A stretch of DNA of 13,985 bases from Aquificaceae bacterium. GTDB taxonomy: Bacteria; Aquificota; Aquificia; Aquificales; Aquificaceae. Positions 1-6,377 of the stretch are shown here, one piece after another. How positions within the stretch are numbered: the stretch's first letter is position 1; the number at the start of each line of letters is the position of its first letter. The notes under the pieces were generated by a model, which was given only the letters and a program-made list of their open reading frames with translations, ran no database searches and was not told the DNA's origin. The position numbers and the translations under genes are program-made. The stretch spans positions 1-13,985 of the forward strand of contig JAXSMZ010000032.1 of NCBI GenBank assembly GCA_037924335.1, read 5' to 3'.

Positions 1-68
1 ATGACCTCAGAGACGATGTTAGCTTTTTTCTCTGTCATAGGGCATGGGACCTCAATAGCCCTATACAT
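1..68 (-). CDS. 5' end of an unidentified gene (MYRAIEVPCPMTEKKANIVSEV...), truncated by the window edge; possibly TnpB/Cas12-like
   Basis: ATG at 68 on the minus strand, frame open to base 1. A perfect TATAAT lies 6 nt upstream (75-80), the same leaderless layout seen at three well-supported genes in this window. Only 22 codons are visible, so identity is speculative. Confidence 0.5.
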   Translation of the reverse strand, partial: MYRAIEVPCPMTEKKANIVSEV

Positions 69-74
69 AGGAAT

Positions 75-80
75 ATTATA
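75..80 (-). promoter_or_regulatory. -10 box (TATAAT) of a putative leaderless promoter
   Basis: Minus strand reads gcTATAATattcctATG; no Shine-Dalgarno before the ATG at 68. Confidence 0.55.
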
Positions 81-139
81 GCTTTTGTTTGTGAGTTCAT
101 GCGTGTATTGGGTATAAATGTCAATATTTTCAGATACTA

Positions 140-237
140 GTCGCCAAGACCTAATTATGGCAAGTCCTGAAAGAGTTTCTCCTTCAGGACGGAGAGGTCT
201 CTTAAAACCCTCTCAGGAGAGAGCGCAGTCTTGAAAC
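140..237 (-). ncRNA. Putative structured non-coding RNA or IS200/IS605-like end element
   Basis: Minus strand: GTTTCAAGAC (237-228) pairs with GTCTTGGCGAC (150-140). Inside are a 12-bp hairpin GTCCTGAAGGAG-AAA-CTCTTTCAGGAC (190-164) and a second hairpin GAGAGG...CCTCTC (214-192), alternatively CTCTC-TCCT-GAGAG. Most imperfect pairs are G-U on the minus strand but A-C on the plus strand. TATAAA (250-245) lies 7 nt before G237. Strand and function are inferred. Confidence 0.45.
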
Positions 238-255
238 TTATCTTTTTATAATTCA

Positions 256-1035
256 CTATACCTTCCTAAACTCTTCTGGTAACTCTCTTGGTGGAACTCC
301 TATGTACTCTGTCTCTGTTCCCTCATTAAGCCTTTTGGAGAAGGGCTTTTCTATGGTTAATTCTTCATAAACATGAGCAACAAGACCAGGAACTCTCCCT
401 ATGATGAAAAAGCCCTTTCCAAGCCTCCAATCAAAGCCCATCTCAGACGCAATTGCAGCTATAGCACCGTCAACGTTAAGAACAAGTCTCTTCCCCTTTT
501 GCCTTTCTATCTCTTCTGACACAGCCTCCGCAAACTCACAGTGCTTACTATAAAAACCAAGGCTTTTTGCTATATCCATGAGCCTTTTAGTCCTTGGGTC
601 AAAGTCTTTGTAGTACCTGTGGCCATACCCAGGTATGGGTTTTTTAGCCTGCAGGTATTCTGATACTACATCCCCTACGCCTTTCCCGCTTGAGACTCCT
701 TCCTGAATGAACTTCATAGCATCCTCCAAAGCACCCCCATGGGCAGAGCCAAAGGCTAAAACTCCAGCAGCTACCCCAACGTTTAGAAAATTACCACCCG
801 AGGTAACAGCCCTTGCCGCTATGGCAGATGGTGGAGCTATGCCATGGTCTATAATTGAAACAAATATGGCTTCCATCATCTTAGACTCTTTCTCGTTTGG
901 TAGCTCTCCCTTGAGTATAAGATACGTAGCCTGTGCAAAGGAAAGATTTCCTACAAGGTCAAGAAGCCTGTAGCCTCTTATGTAAGTTTCATGTCCCACG
1001 TGCTGGGTTATTCCAGTCCTCCAGATCTTTTCCAT
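256..1035 (-). CDS. ccl: Citryl-CoA lyase (reductive TCA cycle; citrate synthase-like fold)
   Basis: 259-aa stand-alone citrate-synthase-like protein with DHG..PPS, G.AHGGA, IPGYGHR..DPR and LNVDGAIAA motifs. N-terminal WRTGIT...IRGY is typical of citryl-CoA lyases. Start placed at ATG 1035 behind AGGAGG rather than at TTG 1041. Confidence 0.88.
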   Translation of the reverse strand: MEKIWRTGITQHVGHETYIRGYRLLDLVGNLSFAQATYLILKGELPNEKESKMMEAIFVSIIDHGIAPPSAIAARAVTSGGNFLNVGVAAGVLAFGSAHGGALEDAMKFIQEGVSSGKGVGDVVSEYLQAKKPIPGYGHRYYKDFDPRTKRLMDIAKSLGFYSKHCEFAEAVSEEIERQKGKRLVLNVDGAIAAIASEMGFDWRLGKGFFIIGRVPGLVAHVYEELTIEKPFSKRLNEGTETEYIGVPPRELPEEFRKV

Positions 1036-1037
1036 CT

Positions 1038-2366
1038 TCAACCTCCTTTTATAACTTCCTCATTGACCTTAATCTTGGCTTTTCTCAAAAGACTCTCTAT
1101 AAAGTAGTTGACTACAGCATTGGATTTTACGTTCAGTATATCCTTAGACAGCTTTTCCATCTGTTCCTTATCCATCCTTTTTTGCTTCCTTTCTGTTATC
1201 AAAAAAACTCCGTAGCCTTGCTGTAGCTCATAAGGACCAAACACCCTTTCCTTTGATAGCAAAAAACCAATAAGTTGATCCTGACCGACTCTCGCTACGT
1301 TTACAATTTGCTCTGCAGGTGTATCGTTAAAGTTTAGAACCCTAACGTTTTTGACTTCCTTCCTACTTTTAAGCTCTGTGTAAACCCTTTGAGCCTCATC
1401 TTTCAACATTTCTACCCTTTTCCTGTTTACAAGCATATCCTCTATCTGCCCGCTCACCTCTTCAAAGCTTTTTATACCAGCAGGCTCAAGTCTGTAAAGA
1501 TATACAAGGACATAATCCTCACCCTCCTTCGTTAGAGATATTCTGTTTTTATCTGTAAGACGGCTTACCTCGGATAGTAAGGTCCTTGACATTTTCCCTT
1601 CCTCATCTGGGAGGGTGTACTCTTTATAACCGCCAACTTCCTTGCCATTCTTTATATCTTTGTACAACTCTTCTACTTTCAATTTATTCTTCTCTGTCCA
1701 TACCCTTACTATTCTTCTCTGATGGCTCCTGAACATATCTTTGTTTTTCTCATAGAAGCTTAGTATCTCCTCTTTTGTAGGTTTGTAGTTTATACTCTCG
1801 GGCGTTAAGATGTAAAGCTTTCCAGAGAGGAGGGTAGACTGCACCAGCATATTGACCTTCTCTTCCTTTTCTGACATGTAAACACCGTTTGAGATCAGCG
1901 TCAGAAGTTTCTGTACAGTCAACATTTTCCTTATGTATTCCTCGTACTCCTCTGGCGTCAATCCTATCCTGCTTAAAAGCTCCTTGTACTTGGAAAAGCT
2001 AAAAAAACCCTTTTCTTGAAAAGTTGGGTCTGACTTTATTACTTTTACAACCTCATCATCAGAAGCCAAAAAACCTAAGGACTTAGCCTTTTGATAGAGC
2101 AGCTCCTGCACTATGAGGTTTTCAAGCACTTGCTTTTTTATAGTTTCTTCCATCTCTCTGTTCTGTATATTGGAAAACCTAAGCATCTCCCTTCTGTAGT
2201 CCCTCAAGTTTATGCATGATCCGTTCACCTCAGCCACGCATTTTTTACCCACAGAGAGTATATCCCTTGCACTTCCAGCAAAGAAGAGCCATAGGAAAAA
2301 GGCGCCAGATGCCAAAGCGACAATGGCAGCAACCAAGGTTTTATGCTTTTGAAGCAGAACATACAT
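1038..2366 (-). CDS. PpiD/SurA-N-domain membrane-anchored periplasmic folding chaperone
   Basis: N-terminal TM helix, VAEVNGSCI (SurA_N VA.VNG..I motif), helical 'VLENLIVQELLYQKAKSLG..SDDEV..I...P.FQ..G.F....Y' region characteristic of PpiD, and 'EEI..FYEKNK..F'. Start moved to ATG 2366 because TGnTAAAAT lies 8 nt upstream. Confidence 0.78.
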   Translation of the reverse strand: MYVLLQKHKTLVAAIVALASGAFFLWLFFAGSARDILSVGKKCVAEVNGSCINLRDYRREMLRFSNIQNREMEETIKKQVLENLIVQELLYQKAKSLGFLASDDEVVKVIKSDPTFQEKGFFSFSKYKELLSRIGLTPEEYEEYIRKMLTVQKLLTLISNGVYMSEKEEKVNMLVQSTLLSGKLYILTPESINYKPTKEEILSFYEKNKDMFRSHQRRIVRVWTEKNKLKVEELYKDIKNGKEVGGYKEYTLPDEEGKMSRTLLSEVSRLTDKNRISLTKEGEDYVLVYLYRLEPAGIKSFEEVSGQIEDMLVNRKRVEMLKDEAQRVYTELKSRKEVKNVRVLNFNDTPAEQIVNVARVGQDQLIGFLLSKERVFGPYELQQGYGVFLITERKQKRMDKEQMEKLSKDILNVKSNAVVNYFIESLLRKAKIKVNEEVIKGG

Positions 2367-2374
2367 GATAGAAA

Positions 2375-2383
2375 ATTTTAGCA
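2375..2383 (-). promoter_or_regulatory. Extended -10 (TGcTAAAAT) leaderless promoter for the ppiD-like/ccl pair
   Basis: Minus strand gTGcTAAAATtttctatcATG; no SD before ATG 2366. Confidence 0.55.
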
Positions 2384-2457
2384 CAAAAAGATGTGTAGCA
2401 AAAGACTTGTTATGGATTATATTATTTTCCTTACAGCTTTATGATAGGAGGTTAGAA

Positions 2458-2901
2458 ATGCTCAAGAAGAAGGAACTTGGAAATCTAAGGTCTAAACTTT
2501 TAGAGGAAAAGGGGAAGCTGCTATACAGGTATCGCAAGAAGGAAGATACGCAGGCTAGGATAGGCGAAGAGGTAAAGGAGCCAGGAGATTTGGAAGACCT
2601 CAGCCAGATGACTTACACCCAAGAGCTGCTTGATACCCTCACAACACGGGAGATGTTCATCCTGAGAGAGATAGACTATGCCCTGCAAAAGATGAGCACT
2701 GGTTCCTATGGCATATGCGAGTACTGTGGAGAGGAGATACCTTACGAGAGGCTTTTGGCTATTCCCTGGACAAGGTACCATGCCCACTGTGCTGAGAAAG
2801 TCGAGGAGGAGGGTATAGTTCCTACATATCCAACGCCTACCTTTGAAACCACACTACCCGAGGAGATAGAGATCCAGAGGGAAGATATAACGGAAGCATA
2901 G
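2458..2901 (+). CDS. dksA: DksA/TraR family zinc-finger RNA polymerase-binding protein
   Basis: Coiled coil with D-x-x-D tip (GDLEDLS), then IDYAL..M..GSYGICEYCGEEIPYERLLAIPWTRY. Start at ATG 2458 after AGGAGG (2446-2451), not at 2365. Confidence 0.85.
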   Translation: MLKKKELGNLRSKLLEEKGKLLYRYRKKEDTQARIGEEVKEPGDLEDLSQMTYTQELLDTLTTREMFILREIDYALQKMSTGSYGICEYCGEEIPYERLLAIPWTRYHAHCAEKVEEEGIVPTYPTPTFETTLPEEIEIQREDITEA

Positions 2902-3246
2902 CTATTCGTAGTATTCTGCACCACAGTTTTCAGTCTCCCAGATAACGACCTTCTCCACATTAGGGTATCTCTCCTTTACTTTTTTGTATAGCCACCTTGC
3001 CACGTTCTCAGCACTAGGGGAAAAGTCAAAAAGGTCGTTGAGAAGTCTGTAGTCTGGAAGGGTCTCCTTTAAAAAGTTATCCACTTCCAAGAAATCTATC
3101 CCCATCCCCCCCGCATCTAGGCTTTCTACTCTAATGTAGACTTCAGCCATCCAAGTGTGTCCATGAAGAGGCTCTGGCTTACCATGGTAATCTGTAAGAA
3201 AGTGTGCAGCGTTAAACTTCTTCCTTACCCTTATTATCCATGTCAT
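2902..3246 (-). CDS. 6-pyruvoyl-tetrahydropterin synthase/QueD family (COG0720) protein with PTPS-III-type E-x2-HGH motif
   Basis: F.AAH, LHGH, GM.IDF, LLN, PSAEN.A and V.IWET motifs. Start taken at ATG 3246 (MTWIIRV...). The queD symbol is withheld because the catalytic Cys motif is absent. Confidence 0.85.
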   Translation of the reverse strand: MTWIIRVRKKFNAAHFLTDYHGKPEPLHGHTWMAEVYIRVESLDAGGMGIDFLEVDNFLKETLPDYRLLNDLFDFSPSAENVARWLYKKVKERYPNVEKVVIWETENCGAEYYE

Positions 3247-3949
3247 TGTAGTGCCTTTTATCTTCGTACATCCTTTTACTTGCAACCTTTATAAGGTCTT
3301 CTACGTTAGAGCCATCCTCGGGATAAAAAGCGTAACCTATGTTGACTCCAGTTGTCAAGTCATTGACTTTAAAGCTCAAGCTATTTCTTATCCTGTCTAC
3401 AATGGTATCCAATTGGTCCCTCTTTACTTCTTTTAAAACAACAAGAAATTCATCCCCTCCGTACCTCACAACAAAATCATCTGACCTCACGGCCATTTTA
3501 AGCCTTTTCCCAATCTCACTCAGCACGTTATCGCCAACAGTGTGTCCATAAATGTCGTTGATATCTTTAAAGTTATACATGTCAAGAAAGAGCACGCAGT
3601 AATGAGTGCCAGCATCCTGGTAAAGTCTAAGCTCATTTTTCAGCACATCTTCAAAAAAGTTTCTGTTGTTTACTCCAGTCAATGAATCCATGTAAGCTTT
3701 CTTATACAGAGCTTTTTTAAATCTCAAAAGGCGTATGCTGTAGAAAAAAGCCACAAGCACTAAGGTATAACCTAAAAAAAGCAGGATAAACTGGGCTAAC
3801 TTTTGATTTAAGAAGCTTGAAACAACCTGGAGCATAAAAAATATGCTGAAAAGTCCAGATATCTGCTTTATAAGCCTATCTTTGAATCCAAGAGTAAAGC
3901 TTGCAAACAAAACAGCAAAGCCTAAAGCCAAGTATTGGTCATAGCTCAT
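3212..3949 (-). CDS. Membrane-bound diguanylate cyclase (about 3 TM helices + GGDEF domain)
   Basis: Hydrophobic N-terminus, DSLTGVNNR, D..NFK.IND.YGH.VGD, RxxD I-site (RSDD) five residues before an intact GGDEF, and G.A.YPEDG...ASKRMY. Confidence 0.92.
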   Translation of the reverse strand: MSYDQYLALGFAVLFASFTLGFKDRLIKQISGLFSIFFMLQVVSSFLNQKLAQFILLFLGYTLVLVAFFYSIRLLRFKKALYKKAYMDSLTGVNNRNFFEDVLKNELRLYQDAGTHYCVLFLDMYNFKDINDIYGHTVGDNVLSEIGKRLKMAVRSDDFVVRYGGDEFLVVLKEVKRDQLDTIVDRIRNSLSFKVNDLTTGVNIGYAFYPEDGSNVEDLIKVASKRMYEDKRHYNDMDNKGKEEV

Positions 3950-4175
3950 CCATGTTCTCCCCCCTTAACAGCCTTTGTGTATAGTTTACCACGCTTAATA
4001 CGGCAAACAGTAAGGCGTGGTTTTCAGTATGGCTCAAGTTTTCCTTTACATAAAGGTTCCCATCCTCTGCCTCAACTATCTTTACATACTCAAAAGCTTT
4101 TAGGGCAAGCTCCTTGTTTTTAAATTTCTCCATTATCTTCTTTTTTATCCACTCGGGTAGGGGTTTTTCTACCAT
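3939..4175 (-). CDS. Small hypothetical protein (78 aa)
   Basis: ATG preceded by GGAGGT, overlaps both same-strand neighbours, normal protein-like composition. No motif recognised. Confidence 0.65.
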   Translation of the reverse strand: MVEKPLPEWIKKKIMEKFKNKELALKAFEYVKIVEAEDGNLYVKENLSHTENHALLFAVLSVVNYTQRLLRGENMDEL

Positions 4176-5196
4176 AGCCTACCTCCAAGCTCGTTATAAA
4201 TAGGGGACTAAGTCCTAAATATAAGTTCCCAATCTTAAAAGAGTATGTGTAGGCGTATACCATGTAAAGGCCTTCTTCCAACTCTGTCCAAGCGCTACTT
4301 CCTCTAAGGCAGACAGACTCCTTACCAGATGATAGAAATATCAATGAGTTTTCAAAAGGTGTCTGCACGAAAACTTTCCCATCCTTCTCCCAAACTAAAG
4401 AAGGTTTATTTTGGAAGGATACTATGGAGAGCTCAGTGTTTAAAGCATCTAAAAAGTCTTCACTGGACTTGACTTTTCTTCTGCTTATCAGAAAATTTCT
4501 CATAATGCTGAAAGATACCCTGTAACTGGGGAATAAGAACCTTATGCCCACCTCCCTTATGTAAACCTTTACATGATGGTCAAGCCCACCCACAACCTTG
4601 TTTCTCCAACCATCTTTGAAATAAGCCAAAGCGTACTTTTCTATGTTTACGACTCTTTTTAGAAAGTTTATAGAGTTTCTCCTCAAAAAGGGGTAGAGCA
4701 TGGCCATGTAAAGAAGAAAAAGGAAAAGCTTTACTTTGTTATCCATAAGAGCATCCTTTAAATTTATAAGCTCAAGGAGATGTTCTTTTTCCCTGCTCAG
4801 TTTCCATCTGTATTTTTCTTTAAAAGCGTGCGCTATAACCTTTACACTGCCAATCTCTAAAAGGTCTCCCATGATAGACCCTTCGCTGTCGGTTATCTTT
4901 CTCTCTATCCCAGCTATTGCCCCATCACTACAAAAATGCTTTATAGCATCGTTCTCGTGGTCTGTAACCAAAACATAGTCTATATCTTCTTTCTCCATGC
5001 TCTCGGCCAAATCCTCTGGCTTCCCCAACGAGTCGTAAGAGAACTGAGTATGAAGATGGATCTGATAAGAGTATACGTAAACATCTGGAACATCTTCAGG
5101 TAACTTTCTCTCCTGAGATTTTAAAAGTCTGAAGGGGTATAGGCTCATAAAAACCAAGAAGACGAGAAGGGCTATGGCCATTGCCAAGGTTATCAT
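4120..5196 (-). CDS. PHP-domain metal-dependent phosphoesterase with N-terminal membrane anchor/signal
   Basis: HLHTQFSYDS (HxH..S.D), VTDHE, GIE, IAH and GGLDHH (D-x-H) PHP motifs. Hydrophobic residues 1-21 and a second hydrophobic stretch. ATGA overlap with the trpS stop. Confidence 0.8.
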   Translation of the reverse strand: MITLAMAIALLVFLVFMSLYPFRLLKSQERKLPEDVPDVYVYSYQIHLHTQFSYDSLGKPEDLAESMEKEDIDYVLVTDHENDAIKHFCSDGAIAGIERKITDSEGSIMGDLLEIGSVKVIAHAFKEKYRWKLSREKEHLLELINLKDALMDNKVKLFLFLLYMAMLYPFLRRNSINFLKRVVNIEKYALAYFKDGWRNKVVGGLDHHVKVYIREVGIRFLFPSYRVSFSIMRNFLISRRKVKSSEDFLDALNTELSIVSFQNKPSLVWEKDGKVFVQTPFENSLIFLSSGKESVCLRGSSAWTELEEGLYMVYAYTYSFKIGNLYLGLSPLFITSLEVGYGRKTPTRVDKKEDNGEI

Positions 5197-6377
5197 CTGA
5201 GGTTCATCTTCTCTCTGACTTCCTCGAGCGTCCTTTCTGCTATTTCTCTTGCAACCTTTGAACCTTCTTCGAATATATCTATAAGGTCCTTTATTCGCTT
5301 TTTGAGCTCCTGCCTCCTTTCTCTTATTGGCATAAGCTCTCCCTCTAATCCTTCAAACATGATCCTTTTACACTCAACGCATCCTAATTTTCCGCTCCTA
5401 CAATCCCTTTCTATCTCCTCAACCTTTGCATCTTCTGTAAAGAGCTTATGGTACATAAAGACGGGGCATATCTCTGGCCTTCCAGGGTCACCCTTTCTCA
5501 ACTTTTGCGGGTCTGTAAAAAACCTCATTACCTTTTGTTCCACTTGGTCCTTCGTATCTGCAAAGTATATGGCATTACTGTAAGATTTGCTCATCTTCCT
5601 TCCGTCTATACCCAGAAGCTTGGGAGTCTCTGTAAGTAGAGCATCTGGTTCTGGAAAGGTATCACCGTAGAGATAATTGAAGCGCCTTGCTATCTCCCTT
5701 GTTAGCTCTACGTGGGGAAGCTGGTCTTCACCCACTGGTACAGCATTCGCCTTGTATATTAGTATATCAACAGCTTGAAGAACAGGGTATCCCAAAAAGC
5801 CATAAGTGTCCGTCTCGTAAAAGTCTCTTTTGGATACGTTCAGCTCTTTGAGCATGTGGCTTTCCATATAACCTTCAAAAACTGCACGGACAAAGGATTC
5901 GGAAAGTTCATCAAGAGTAAGCTCTTCAAGGGCCTCAATGTCTTCTACCTTATAGGGAAGCTTTGATACAAACTCCTTTACAAGGTCCCTTATACCCCCC
6001 CTGAACTGAAGCTCCATGTCCGTTATTTTAAGAATGTTATACTTCATGTCCTTGTAAGTTGGGTTCCATTCGAGCCAGCTTTTTGGTGTTATCATGCTAA
6101 AGAGTAAAAACAGCTCAGCATGTTCTTTAACCCTTGACTGTATAAAAAGGACACTCCTCTTTGGGTCAAGTCCAAGGGCTATCCAGTCAAGCATAACCTC
6201 CTCTATGTTCTGCCTTAGCTCCTGTGTTCTTTTGTAAGCTGTTGTGAGGGCATGCCAATCCGCAATGAAGAAAAAGGTCTCATGCTCCTCCTGAAGCTTA
6301 ATCCAGTTTTTTATAACGCCAAAGTAATGGCCCAAATGGAGCTTCCCCGTTGGTCTCATCCCGCTTAGCACTCTCAT
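5193..6377 (-). CDS. trpS: Tryptophan--tRNA ligase
   Basis: SGMRPTG.LHLGH (HIGH), [34 protein letters not shown]. Start ATG 6377 overlaps the cysS stop (ATGA) with GGAGG upstream. Confidence 0.97.
   Translation of the reverse strand: MRVLSGMRPTGKLHLGHYFGVIKNWIKLQEEHETFFFIADWHALTTAYKRTQELRQNIEEVMLDWIALGLDPKRSVLFIQSRVKEHAELFLLFSMITPKSWLEWNPTYKDMKYNILKITDMELQFRGGIRDLVKEFVSKLPYKVEDIEALEELTLDELSESFVRAVFEGYMESHMLKELNVSKRDFYETDTYGFLGYPVLQAVDILIYKANAVPVGEDQLPHVELTREIARRFNYLYGDTFPEPDALLTETPKLLGIDGRKMSKSYSNAIYFADTKDQVEQKVMRFFTDPQKLRKGDPGRPEICPVFMYHKLFTEDAKVEEIERDCRSGKLGCVECKRIMFEGLEGELMPIRERRQELKKRIKDLIDIFEEGSKVAREIAERTLEEVREKMNLR

Noticed and set aside
1..68. IscB assignment from PCPMTEKKA resembling PLMP...KA, with an upstream omega-RNA
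   Set aside because: No actual PLMP motif or preceding V-x-V-L-D strand, and the upstream element looks too short for a typical IscB omega-RNA.
1..140. Plus-strand open frames at the left edge (1-81 ...AFFSVIGHGTSIALYIGIL*; 3-140 DLRDDV...IFRY*)
   Set aside because: No recognisable motif, including no TnpB C-terminal zinc ribbon or D-x-N-A-A-x-N. The minus-strand ATG with a TATAAT leaderless signature is better supported, but these frames cannot be fully excluded without flanking sequence.
164..190. Intrinsic terminator for ccl
   Set aside because: The stem is followed by TTGCC on the minus strand with no U-tract, and it is nested in a larger fold. Not called, though some termination role is possible.
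190..225. Glycine riboswitch suggested by GGAGAG and CTCTCAGG
   Set aside because: The central CCGAAG-type core is missing, and on this strand the element points into the 3' end of ccl rather than into a gene start.
140..255. CRISPR array
   Set aside because: Only one repeat-like unit; no repeat-spacer periodicity noticed anywhere in the window.
2365..2457. N-terminal extensions in the ORF track (dksA from 2365; also ppiD-like 2384, PTPS 3285, trpS 6389, ccl 1041)
   Set aside because: Downstream ATGs fit the SD or -10 positions and the family N-termini better; the longer dksA and ppiD-like starts would overlap head-to-head.
2001..3780. A7 homopolymer runs (2001-2007, 3774-3780) as phase-variation or frameshift sites
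   Set aside because: Short runs are expected at this base composition, and both reading frames are intact.
5820..6032. Intein or intron as the explanation for the TrpRS insertion
   Set aside because: No Cys/Ser start with a His-Asn end, too short for a mini-intein, and it reads through in frame.
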